Part shown: positions 16,274 through 25,570 of the stretch, one piece after another
Layout: each line of letters starts with the position of its first letter
How positions within the stretch are numbered: position 1 is the stretch's first letter
Origin: Megasphaera elsdenii DSM 20460
GTDB lineage: Bacteria; Bacillota; Negativicutes; Veillonellales; Megasphaeraceae
DNA: 32,000 nt
Assembly: GCF_003010495.1 (NCBI RefSeq)
Contig: NZ_CP027570.1
Location: 2,280,001 to 2,312,000 of the forward strand
Direction of reading: 5' to 3'
Position numbers and translations under genes: made by a program
Notes under the pieces: generated by a model
Seen by the model: only the letters and a program-made list of their open reading frames with translations
Told to the model about the DNA's origin: nothing
Database searches by the model: none

Positions 16274-16308
16274 CCTCAAACATCATACATCAAACTTCAA
16301 ACATAAAA
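16274..16308 (-). repeat. Heptad array of the TTTGWWG family (minus-strand reading)
   Basis: Phased units on the + strand: CCTCAAA CATCATA CATCAAA CTTCAAA CATAAAA. They lie about 50 nt downstream of the nitrilase stop on the minus strand. Confidence 0.5.
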
Positions 16309-16356
16309 GAGAACGTGGCCTCGCATGATGGCAGAAACCTTCACGCGACACCATCC

Positions 16357-17280
16357 CTACTCATGTACGATGAGTTCCAAGATGTCTGGCCGGGTGTAGT
16401 GGCCGGCGGCATCGAATTCCATGTGACGCAGGACCACTTGATCCATATCCAAGTCGGCGTAGATCATGGCTTCCCGGTCCCACACGGGCTCCGTGACGTA
16501 ATGGCCGCACGGGTCGATGATGCAGCTGCCGCCACGGCAGGCCGTGTCATTCAATTTGGCAACGGCTGCGCTTTCAACCAAATCGGCGGGGTACATGTCC
16601 TTGGTGAAATACTGGTCGACGTTAAAAACGTAGCAACGCCCTTCGATGGCGATGTGTTTTACCGTATTTTGCCATTCTGGGTTATCATTGGTATTCGGTG
16701 CCAGATAGAGGCTGACGCCCTTCTGGTAGAGAGCCGTCCGGGCCAGGGGCATGTAGTTTTCCCAGCAGATGAGGGAACCCATGGGCCCCCACGGCGTCTG
16801 GACGACGGGGAAATACGTGGCTGGCTCATGCGAGTCGGCCCAGATATACCGTTCCGCCCCAGTCGGCTTGATTTTCCGATGATGAGCTGCCAATGTGCCA
16901 TCCGGTGCAAAGATGACGTTGCTGCAATAGAGGGAATACGTCGTTTCATCCCGTTCGGTAATGCCCAGGCTGACATAGGCCCCGGCTGCTTGGGCCGCAG
17001 CGGCTACATCCTGCAGGTCTTGGCGGACGACGACGGCCTGGTCATAATAGCGTTTCCAGTCTGCCCGTTCAGCATCCGACCGGCTGCCGACAGTAAAGCC
17101 GAAAGTCAGGCCATAGGGATAACATGGGACCAGCGACTCCGGAAAGACGATGAGCTGTGCCCCATTCCGACCGGCTTCTTCGATTTGATGGACGACCTTC
17201 TGCAGCGTCGCCTGTTTATCGAAAAATACAGGTGCAGCCTGTACGATAGCGGCGCGCAGTTTCTTTTCTAAATTTCGCAT
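16357..17280 (-). CDS. Nitrilase / carbon-nitrogen hydrolase family enzyme
   Basis: 307 aa. The Glu-Lys-Cys triad motifs are LIVFPES, HHRKIKPT and LICWENYMP. Confidence 0.85.
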   Translation of the reverse strand: MRNLEKKLRAAIVQAAPVFFDKQATLQKVVHQIEEAGRNGAQLIVFPESLVPCYPYGLTFGFTVGSRSDAERADWKRYYDQAVVVRQDLQDVAAAAQAAGAYVSLGITERDETTYSLYCSNVIFAPDGTLAAHHRKIKPTGAERYIWADSHEPATYFPVVQTPWGPMGSLICWENYMPLARTALYQKGVSLYLAPNTNDNPEWQNTVKHIAIEGRCYVFNVDQYFTKDMYPADLVESAAVAKLNDTACRGGSCIIDPCGHYVTEPVWDREAMIYADLDMDQVVLRHMEFDAAGHYTRPDILELIVHE

Positions 17281-17368
17281 AACGAATCCCCCTTATTTCT
17301 TTTTTCTTAGTATACCGTAATTTGTAAAAATGTGCTATACTGATTCAGTCCACAGTTTACGGACCGAT

Positions 17369-17417
17369 AAGGATAACGACTGTGCAGTTTTCGGGCTGCC
17401 GTCGTTATCCTTTTTTA
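17369..17417 (+). promoter_or_regulatory. Terminator-type hairpin in the pabABC leader (candidate attenuator)
   Basis: AAGGATAACGAC (17369-17380) pairs with GTCGTTATCCTT (17401-17412) and is followed by a T-run. It lies 19 nt before the pabA ATG and downstream of the extended -10 TGTGCTATACT (17331-17341). Confidence 0.5.
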
Positions 17418-17435
17418 TTGTATAAAGGAGGGCGT

Positions 17436-18038
17436 ATGTATCTGCTCATCGACAATTATGATTCTTTTACCTACAATTTAGCCGATTTAGTTGCTGAAAC
17501 GGGACGCGACGTAAGGGTTTACCGCTGTGACCAGATAAGCCCGGCTGAGATTGCCACCTTGAAACCGCAGGGACTGATTATTTCACCTGGGCCGAAACGG
17601 CCGGAAGACGCCGTCCATTCCCTATCCATCGTCCACGCTTTCTGCCGCACCCTGCCCATCTTGGGCGTCTGCCTGGGGATGCAGATCCTGGCTTATGCCG
17701 CCGGGGCTGTCGTCACCCGTGGGAAACGCCCTATGCATGGGAAAGTCACGGCGATTCACCATCGTGGCCGGGGCCTCTTTCGGGGGCTGCCGGAAACCTT
17801 CCAGGTCACGCGCTATCATTCGCTGGTGGTCCAAGCGGAAACGCTGCCCGCCGCTTATGCTATAGACGCTGTCAGCGATGACGGCGCAGTCATGGCCTTA
17901 TCTCATCGCAGCCTGCCGCTCTATGGGTTGCAGTTCCATCCCGAAGCCGTCTTATCCGAATATGGCAGGGAACTGATAACAATGTTTTGCCGCTTGGCCG
18001 AATCCAGCCTGGAGAAAGCAGGTGACTGTCATGACTGA
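17436..18038 (+). CDS. pabA: Aminodeoxychorismate/anthranilate synthase component II (glutamine amidotransferase)
   Basis: MYLLIDNYDSFTYNL start after an AAGGAGGG RBS. Motifs GVCLGMQ (nucleophile Cys) and LQFHPE. The ORF-track start at 17382 has no RBS. Confidence 0.85.
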   Translation: MYLLIDNYDSFTYNLADLVAETGRDVRVYRCDQISPAEIATLKPQGLIISPGPKRPEDAVHSLSIVHAFCRTLPILGVCLGMQILAYAAGAVVTRGKRPMHGKVTAIHHRGRGLFRGLPETFQVTRYHSLVVQAETLPAAYAIDAVSDDGAVMALSHRSLPLYGLQFHPEAVLSEYGRELITMFCRLAESSLEKAGDCHD

Positions 18039-19425
18039 GCCGCTCATCTGCCATTCCCCCTTTCCCTATACGGCCAGCCAGCTCTTCGCCCTCTTTGCCG
18101 ATGAAAGAGATGCCGTTTTCCTCGATTCGTCGCTGACCAACCACTTGGGGCGTTATTCCATCATCGGCCTCGTGCCCTACCATAGGGTAAGCGTAGAACA
18201 AGGCCAGCTGAAGATTGATGGAAAAGCTCGTGAAGGAACGGCTGAAACGTATCTCAAAGCCTATTTGAAAAAGCATTACCAGGCCAATCCGACAGACCTG
18301 CCCTTGACGGCTGGGGCCATTGGCTATGTCAGCTATGACTACGGACTGGCACGCTATGGGATGAAGTCCCGCCACGCCCCTGCCTTTCCCCTGCCCGATA
18401 TGAATTGGGTCTTTTACGATTTCTTCATCATCGAACATCGGCAAAGCCATGCCGTATGGTTTGCCGCCAATGGGCAGACAATGCCAGCCGAGGCTCTCTT
18501 GGCACAGATGAAAGAAAAAATCCGGACTCGCCTTCAGGAAAGGCCCTTTCCACGTACTGGCGAAAACACACAATATGCCATAACCGTCCAACCCGACAGT
18601 ACTTGTGAAAACTATCAAAGGGCTTTGAAAAAGCTCAGGGATTATATCGTCGCCGGCGACGTTTACGTAACGAATTTCACCAGTACGTTTCATGTCCAGA
18701 GCCACTGCCCGCCGTACACCTTCTTTTCCCGTCTGCGCCGGGATAATCCGTCACCATTTGGCGCTTATTTACAATACGGATCCCATCAAATCATCAGTGC
18801 TTCCATGGAACGGCTGCTGTGCCTGCGCGATGACCAGATTGAAACGCGTCCCATCAAGGGCACGCGGCGCCGTGGCAAGACGTATACAGAAGATGAAAAG
18901 CTGCGGCAGGAACTGGCTCAATCGCAAAAGGACCAGAGTGAATTGCTGATGATTGTCGATTTAGAGCGCAATGACCTGCACAAAATCTGCCGTCCTGGCA
19001 GCGTGTCCGTTCCGACGCTGTTTGCCATCGAGCCGTATGCCACGGTTTTCCATTTAATCGCCGACGTAACAGGGACCCTGCGGCCAGGACAGACGGCCAT
19101 CGACGCCTTGACGGCACTCTTTCCAGGTGGATCCATTACAGGCGCACCGAAACAGCGGGCTATGGAAATCATCGACGAATTAGAATTCAGCCGGCGCCAG
19201 CTTTATACAGGGACGATTGGCTACCTGTCCTTAGATGGGAACTGTGACTTAAACATCGTCATACGGACGGCCGTCCACCACGATGATCAATATATCATCG
19301 GCGTCGGCGGCGGCATTACGGCAGAATCCGACGAGGCTTTTGAATACGAAGAAATCTGGCAAAAAGCCAAAGCCTTGCTCAGTGCTTTGAAAGGAGACAC
19401 TTTTAATTATGAATCTTATCTTTGA
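18031..19425 (+). CDS. pabB: Aminodeoxychorismate synthase component I (chorismate-binding enzyme)
   Basis: PGGSITGAPK signature and the typical length. The ATG at 18031 overlaps the pabA stop (ATGACTGA). The gene order with pabA and pabC supports PabB rather than TrpE. Confidence 0.8.
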   Translation: MTEPLICHSPFPYTASQLFALFADERDAVFLDSSLTNHLGRYSIIGLVPYHRVSVEQGQLKIDGKAREGTAETYLKAYLKKHYQANPTDLPLTAGAIGYVSYDYGLARYGMKSRHAPAFPLPDMNWVFYDFFIIEHRQSHAVWFAANGQTMPAEALLAQMKEKIRTRLQERPFPRTGENTQYAITVQPDSTCENYQRALKKLRDYIVAGDVYVTNFTSTFHVQSHCPPYTFFSRLRRDNPSPFGAYLQYGSHQIISASMERLLCLRDDQIETRPIKGTRRRGKTYTEDEKLRQELAQSQKDQSELLMIVDLERNDLHKICRPGSVSVPTLFAIEPYATVFHLIADVTGTLRPGQTAIDALTALFPGGSITGAPKQRAMEIIDELEFSRRQLYTGTIGYLSLDGNCDLNIVIRTAVHHDDQYIIGVGGGITAESDEAFEYEEIWQKAKALLSALKGDTFNYESYL

Positions 19426-20170
19426 TGACGGCTACCAATTCGGTCTGGGAGCTTTTGAAACCATCCCCATCTATCAAGGCCGGCCAGTCTGGCTGGAGGC
19501 TCACGAAAGGCGTTTGCGGCATACCTTGGAATATTTAGGGATTGAGCTTTCTTTTGATTGGGAACGTCGTTTGTGGGAGTATGTGTATAGCATGGGTAAG
19601 GGAGATTGGGTATTGAAAATACTTGCTTCCGATAAAAATATAAATTTTACATCCCGTGCCAATCCATATGCATCGATGACCGTCCGCCCTGGTTATGTCA
19701 TCGCCTTGTCGTCAATCCGCCGCAATGAAACGTCGCCCTTAGTGCGGCACAAGACCTTTAATTATGGCGACTCGATGTTAGCCAAACGACAGGCCCGGGC
19801 TGAAGGTATTGACGAACCGATTTTTTGCAATATGCAGGGCCAATTAACAGAAGGCGCTGTCAGCAATCTATTTTTTATAAAAAACGGGCGGCTTTATACG
19901 CCGCCCGTAAAGGCCGGATTACTGCCAGGCATCATCCGGTCTTATCTCTGTCAATGTTATGATGTCATCGAAAAGCCCTTGTATCCGGAAGATATCGAGA
20001 CTCTCGACGAGTGTTTCCTGACCAATTCCCTCATGGGGATCATGCCAGTCCGCCGCTTTGGCACCGTCGCCTTTCCTGTATCCTCAGAAACGCAGACGGC
20101 CGCCTTATTCCGCCGTTATGAAGCAGATAGGAACCATCCCTTCCCTGGATGCTATAAGACGAGCTGGTGA
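19409..20170 (+). CDS. pabC: Aminodeoxychorismate lyase (class IV aminotransferase fold)
   Basis: 253 aa, overlapping the pabB end. It has the fold-type IV motif LTEGAVSNLFF and is the last gene of the pab cluster. Confidence 0.75.
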   Translation: MNLIFDDGYQFGLGAFETIPIYQGRPVWLEAHERRLRHTLEYLGIELSFDWERRLWEYVYSMGKGDWVLKILASDKNINFTSRANPYASMTVRPGYVIALSSIRRNETSPLVRHKTFNYGDSMLAKRQARAEGIDEPIFCNMQGQLTEGAVSNLFFIKNGRLYTPPVKAGLLPGIIRSYLCQCYDVIEKPLYPEDIETLDECFLTNSLMGIMPVRRFGTVAFPVSSETQTAALFRRYEADRNHPFPGCYKTSW

Positions 20171-20697
20171 AAGGCCTGGCCGTCCAGGTCCTTCCAGGTG
20201 AAGGTGGCCCCTTCCCAGAGGAGATAACTGTGCGGGCTATTTTCCTTGGGAAGCGATGTCGAACCGGGATTCAAATAATAGTTATCCTGGCCGAAGGGCT
20301 GCCAGGCCGGGACATGGGTATGGCCGTGGAGCAAGATGTCACCAGGCCGCATGGGCGGCAGAGATGCTACGTTGTAGCGGTCTCCATGGGTCGCATAGAC
20401 GAGGCGGCTGCCCTGGGTCAGGATGGCATAGGTCGCCATGATTGGGAATTCCAGTACCATTTGGTCCACATCGGCGTCACAATTCCCACGGACACAGAAG
20501 ATGGAATCTTTGACTTCGTTGAGCATGGCAAAGACTTCCTTCGGGGCATAGTCTTTGGGCAGGTCGTTGCGCGGTCCGTGATAGAGGATGTCGCCGAGCA
20601 GGACCAGGCGGTCGGCCCCTTCCCGCTTCCAGGCGTCGAGCATACGGCGGCAGTAATAAGCCGAACCGTGAATATCTGAAGCAATGAAGAATTTCAA
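20152..20697 (-). CDS. YfcE/MJ0936-family metallophosphoesterase
   Basis: KFFIASDIHGS, GDILYHGPRN, GNCD and GHTH motifs. I set the start to the TTG at 20697, which follows AAAGGAG and lies 1 nt after the upstream stop. The 3' end overlaps pabC convergently by 19 nt. Confidence 0.8.
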   Translation of the reverse strand: MKFFIASDIHGSAYYCRRMLDAWKREGADRLVLLGDILYHGPRNDLPKDYAPKEVFAMLNEVKDSIFCVRGNCDADVDQMVLEFPIMATYAILTQGSRLVYATHGDRYNVASLPPMRPGDILLHGHTHVPAWQPFGQDNYYLNPGSTSLPKENSPHSYLLWEGATFTWKDLDGQAFHQLVL

Positions 20698-20698
20698 C

Positions 20699-21808
20699 TT
20701 ATTTCGCTCCTTTCTTGGCGTCGATGGCCGCAAAGACCGTGCAGTAATTGCCTTCCGGTGTCCGGCATTTCGAGCAGTGGACACAGCGGGCCGGCCGCAA
20801 ATCACCTTGGATCCAGCGGTGAACTAAATCCGGTTCCGATAACAAAGGACGGCATAGGCCGATACCAGCCAGTTTCGACGTCTTCAAGGCCGTTTCCATC
20901 TGCTTCGGGTCCTTGAAGCCGCCGGTCACATAGACAGGGACACTCACGGCGTCGGCTATGTCTTTGGCGTAATCGAGGAAATAGCCGCCGTCGCGGACGA
21001 CGTGGCCATCCCATTCCAGACCGATTTCCTGTTGAGCCTTGCCGTGGATATTGCCGCTCACTTCGATGGCGTCGATGCCCGACTGCTGCAGGCGCCGGCA
21101 GATATCCAACGATTCGGCGAAGGTCAGGCCGCCTTCAAAGAAATCGGAACAGGTAATCTTGATCCAAATGGGAAAATGCATTCCTACGGCCTTGCGGATG
21201 GCGGCAATGATATCGCCGACGATGCGGTAACGGTTGGCCGGCGAACCGCCATAGGCATCGCTGCGCCGATTATAATAGGGACTGAGGAACTGGTTGAGCA
21301 GGTACGAATGGCCGCCGTGGATTTCAACGGCATCGAAGCCGCTGTCGCGGACGCGCTTGGCTGCCTGGGCGTATTCGCCGATGAGGTGCTGGATATCAGC
21401 CGGACTCATGGCGACGCCAACGGTTCCCGTCTTGCGTTCTGGCACAGCGGACGGCGAGAAGATAGTCCGCCCTTCCCGTTCAAAGGTCGTCTTAGTTCCG
21501 CCATAGGCAATCTGCATCATGATTTTTGCCCCATAAGCATGGACGCGTCTCGTCAGTTCCTGATATTGCGGAATGAAGGCATCGTCGTAAATGCCCATCA
21601 TACCGGCATTGGGCCGATCTTCTTTATCAACGCGGGCATAGCCCGTACAAATCAAGCCGACTTCGTTCTTAGCCAGCTGATCGTAGATGCGGTACTGTTT
21701 TTCCGACATATAGCCCTTGGCATCGGCCAAGGCTTCCCACGTCGCACTGCGGAGGATGCGGTTGCGCACGGGCATCCCGGCGATGACGGCATGTTCCAAT
21801 AATTTCAT
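20699..21808 (-). CDS. Old-yellow-enzyme family NADH:flavin oxidoreductase
   Basis: The HGGHSYLLNQFLSPYYNRRSDAYGGS motif. I set the start to the ATG at 21808, which follows AGGAGG. The ORF-track start at 21838 lies next to the repeat and has no RBS. Confidence 0.85.
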   Translation of the reverse strand: MKLLEHAVIAGMPVRNRILRSATWEALADAKGYMSEKQYRIYDQLAKNEVGLICTGYARVDKEDRPNAGMMGIYDDAFIPQYQELTRRVHAYGAKIMMQIAYGGTKTTFEREGRTIFSPSAVPERKTGTVGVAMSPADIQHLIGEYAQAAKRVRDSGFDAVEIHGGHSYLLNQFLSPYYNRRSDAYGGSPANRYRIVGDIIAAIRKAVGMHFPIWIKITCSDFFEGGLTFAESLDICRRLQQSGIDAIEVSGNIHGKAQQEIGLEWDGHVVRDGGYFLDYAKDIADAVSVPVYVTGGFKDPKQMETALKTSKLAGIGLCRPLLSEPDLVHRWIQGDLRPARCVHCSKCRTPEGNYCTVFAAIDAKKGAK

Positions 21809-21837
21809 ATATAATCCTCCTTTTTGTCGATTGGCCA

Positions 21838-23430
<1,593 letters not shown>

Positions 23431-23445
23431 CACCTCATCTCCTTT

Positions 23446-23540
23446 TGGTTGGTATAATTCATGTCGCTTTGGCGGGTTGGAATCCCGTTTCTCTCTGTTA
23501 TACTGTGATTATACCACATGAACCAACCAGTTTTGGTTGG
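23446..23540. promoter_or_regulatory. Divergent control region with inverted ATACCA / CCAACCA boxes
   Basis: TTGGTTGGTATAAT (23446-23459), ATTATACCA (23508-23516) and the palindrome CCAACCAGTTTTGGTTGG (23523-23540). Extended -10 TGTTATACT at 23496-23504 for the + strand gene. Confidence 0.45.
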
Positions 23541-23557
23541 AAAAGGAGGCTTTTTTT

Positions 23558-24163
23558 ATGTTCTTTTTTCAAGGCCTGACCATGGGGCTGGCCTACGTCG
23601 CCCCTATTGGCATGCAGAATCTCTTCGTCATCCATTCGGCGTTATCCCATTCCCTGCGCCGCGCCGTCGCGACGGCGTTCATCGTCCTTTTCTTCGACAT
23701 CAGCCTGTCGCTGAGCTGCTTTTATGGCATCGGCACGCTGCTGAATCATCTTCCCTGGCTCAAAGTGGTCATCCTGGGCACAGGCACGCTGCTCATCCTC
23801 TACATGGCCTATGATATGATCAGCCAGGTCCCGGATGCGCTGACCCTCAAAGACCAGCCAGTTTCCCTGGGCCAGACCGTTTCCAAAGCCTGCATCGTCA
23901 CCTGGATGAACCCCCAGGCCATCTTAGACGGCACAATGCTCCTCGGCGCCTTCCGCATCACCCTGCCTGCTACAGAAGCCATGACGTTCCTGACGGGCGT
24001 CCTCATGGCCTCAGGCCTCTGGTTCCTTTCCCTCACGGGCTGCGTCGCCGCCTTCCGCCACGCCATTACACCCGGCATCCTGCGCGCCATCAACATCCTT
24101 TGCGGCACGGTCCTCATGCTGTACGGCCTCCACTTAGGCTATACCTTCGTACAGCTTTTTTAA
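23558..24163 (+). CDS. LysE/ArgO-family amino-acid exporter
   Basis: MFFFQGLTMGLAYVAPIGMQNLFVI resembles the ArgO N-terminus (FQG..G....P.GPQN). About 6 TM helices. AAAGGAGG RBS. Divergent from the MocR regulator. Confidence 0.75.
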   Translation: MFFFQGLTMGLAYVAPIGMQNLFVIHSALSHSLRRAVATAFIVLFFDISLSLSCFYGIGTLLNHLPWLKVVILGTGTLLILYMAYDMISQVPDALTLKDQPVSLGQTVSKACIVTWMNPQAILDGTMLLGAFRITLPATEAMTFLTGVLMASGLWFLSLTGCVAAFRHAITPGILRAINILCGTVLMLYGLHLGYTFVQLF

Positions 24164-24170
24164 TTGTGAC

Positions 24171-25352
24171 TTATTTTTTTAAGTCGCGCTCGATATCCAG
24201 CCCGACTTTAGCTTCCCATGCAGCAAAATCCTTTGTCCCCGTCATGACATGCCATGATTTGGCGCGATATAGATGGCGGTACAATTTCTGATAGTTCGGG
24301 TCCGATGCAGCCAATTCCTGCATGACATCCTGACGGGCCGCTAAGAGATACTGCGGTACGTCCTCTTTCGAAGCCGGTTTCAGGGCGGCCAGCATGAAAG
24401 GCTTAGAAGTCAATAAAGCAACTAATTTTTTAGCCGGCCCTACTTTATTCGCGGGAATCCGGGAAGAGATGCTGACATAATCGACATAGGCCGTAGCCAC
24501 ATCGGGATGTTCGCAACTGGAAATGGCCTTGACGTCGGTATCGTTCCCCTGCCCTAAGCGGACGATGGCGCTCATCGCTTCCGGATAGGCATATAAGGCC
24601 CGGCCATGGCCCTGGGCAAACCATTCAGCCCGCGTAAACTCATTGCCATCGTCATAACGGCCCGTCGCAGTACCCGTCATAGCGTACAATTCTTTCAAAT
24701 ACTGCATGGCATCCTCTTGGACGTTTCCCATGGCCTGTACCGGAACGACTTTCCCCGTATGGTCCTGAAGGATATTATAGTATTTCATTTCATTATTCAA
24801 GCTGAAATCGGCGATGACCCCTTCATCCCGGCCAGGGAGCAACGCCTGAGTCTTCCGCGGCCCGATGGCGTCATACAGCTGCTGCATCGTCTGAACACGG
24901 GCCACGGCCTGATCGTCTTTGCGGTAAAACAGCGTATCCATACAGACCATCTGGGGAATGCCATAATATATCCCCTGAGAAGAAGCTTGTTCTAACGTCC
25001 AGGCTGGATAGGCAGACCGTGCTGGTATGCTTTCCCCTAACGGATAGAGCAGGCCTTTTTCTATATATTGCGATGCGTACAGGCCATCAAAGACAAAAAC
25101 ATCACTTTTCGGTTCTTCGAAATAGCAGTCCCAATCGACGAAACGCAGCGCCACATCGGGTTCGATGTCCTTCCATTGTGTGGTCAAAGCCGTTTCAAAG
25201 GCCTGGATATCGGGAACGTATTTGAACAACCCCACAGTCAGTACCTTTTTGTCTGTTTCTGTCCCCTGTCCCGGTTCACTAGCCATTCCTGTCACCATAG
25301 TCATCACGAAAAAGGCCAAGCTTAAAACGATACGAAATAATCGTTGTCTCAT
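24171..25352 (-). CDS. Secreted periplasmic-binding-protein-fold protein, thiaminase I (thiamine pyridinylase)-like
   Basis: It has a signal peptide. The segments VGLFKYVPD...QWKDIEPDVALRFVDWDCY, YGIPQMVCMDTLFYRKDD, RAEWFAQGHGRALYAYPEAM and PQYLLAARQDV resemble, from memory, the Paenibacillus thiaminase I sequence, including the region around the catalytic Cys. Confidence 0.5.
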   Translation of the reverse strand: MRQRLFRIVLSLAFFVMTMVTGMASEPGQGTETDKKVLTVGLFKYVPDIQAFETALTTQWKDIEPDVALRFVDWDCYFEEPKSDVFVFDGLYASQYIEKGLLYPLGESIPARSAYPAWTLEQASSQGIYYGIPQMVCMDTLFYRKDDQAVARVQTMQQLYDAIGPRKTQALLPGRDEGVIADFSLNNEMKYYNILQDHTGKVVPVQAMGNVQEDAMQYLKELYAMTGTATGRYDDGNEFTRAEWFAQGHGRALYAYPEAMSAIVRLGQGNDTDVKAISSCEHPDVATAYVDYVSISSRIPANKVGPAKKLVALLTSKPFMLAALKPASKEDVPQYLLAARQDVMQELAASDPNYQKLYRHLYRAKSWHVMTGTKDFAAWEAKVGLDIERDLKK

Positions 25353-25373
25353 ATTCCTATCCCCTTCAATATA

Positions 25374-25407
25374 AATTAGCTGACAGGCAAATCCCTGCCA
25401 GCTAATT
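25374..25407. promoter_or_regulatory. 34-bp palindrome in the 5' region of the thiaminase-like gene
   Basis: AATTAGCTGACAGG / CCTGCCAGCTAATT with one mismatch and a 6-nt loop, about 20 nt upstream of the start codon. There is no T-tract, so it looks like an operator or a 5' UTR stem. Confidence 0.35.
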
Positions 25408-25450
25408 TACATTGTAGCATATGTCATCATGCGTAGTCACTCTTACTCTA

Positions 25451-25526
25451 TAGTTTGTAGTACAGAGTTTGTAGAAGCTGGTTTCAAATTTTTTACCATT
25501 TGCTGCAAACTACAAACTACAAACTG
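25451..25526. repeat. Inverted pair of heptad arrays (TAGTTTG family)
   Basis: Left arm: TAGTTTG TAGTACA GAGTTTG TAGAAGC (25451-25478). Right arm: CAAACTA CAAACTA CAAACTG (25506-25526), which is the reverse complement of TAGTTTG units. Confidence 0.6.
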
Positions 25527-25533
25527 AATACTC

Positions 25534-25570
25534 AAAAAGGGCTTGTCCATCGTGCGACAAGCCCTTTTTG
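25534..25570 (-). terminator. Intrinsic terminator of the TerC gene (bidirectional shape)
   Basis: Stem GGGCTTGTC / GACAAGCCC flanked by A5 and T5. It starts 1 nt after the TAA stop at 25571-25573. Confidence 0.7.

Noticed and set aside
16315-17271. 318-aa + strand ORF overlapping the nitrilase gene
   Set aside because: The minus-strand frame carries the full nitrilase E-K-C motif set (FPES, HRK, CWEN). The + strand ORF has no motif or RBS and is a shadow ORF.
17341-17417. THF (folate) riboswitch upstream of pabA
   Set aside because: The leader is short (~75 nt), and I cannot find the conserved THF-I pseudoknot or junction sequences, or the THF-II hairpin consensus. I kept it only as a generic attenuator candidate pending an Infernal search.
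20152-20170. 19-nt convergent overlap of the pabC and YfcE-like gene 3' ends as a regulatory feature
   Set aside because: Short convergent 3' overlaps are common in compact genomes, and I see no associated structure or motif.
25353-25450. TPP riboswitch upstream of the thiaminase-like gene
   Set aside because: There is no CUGAGA / ACCUGAUCUGGAUAAUGCCAGCG-like core. Only a simple 34-bp palindrome is present, and the region is too short for a THI element.
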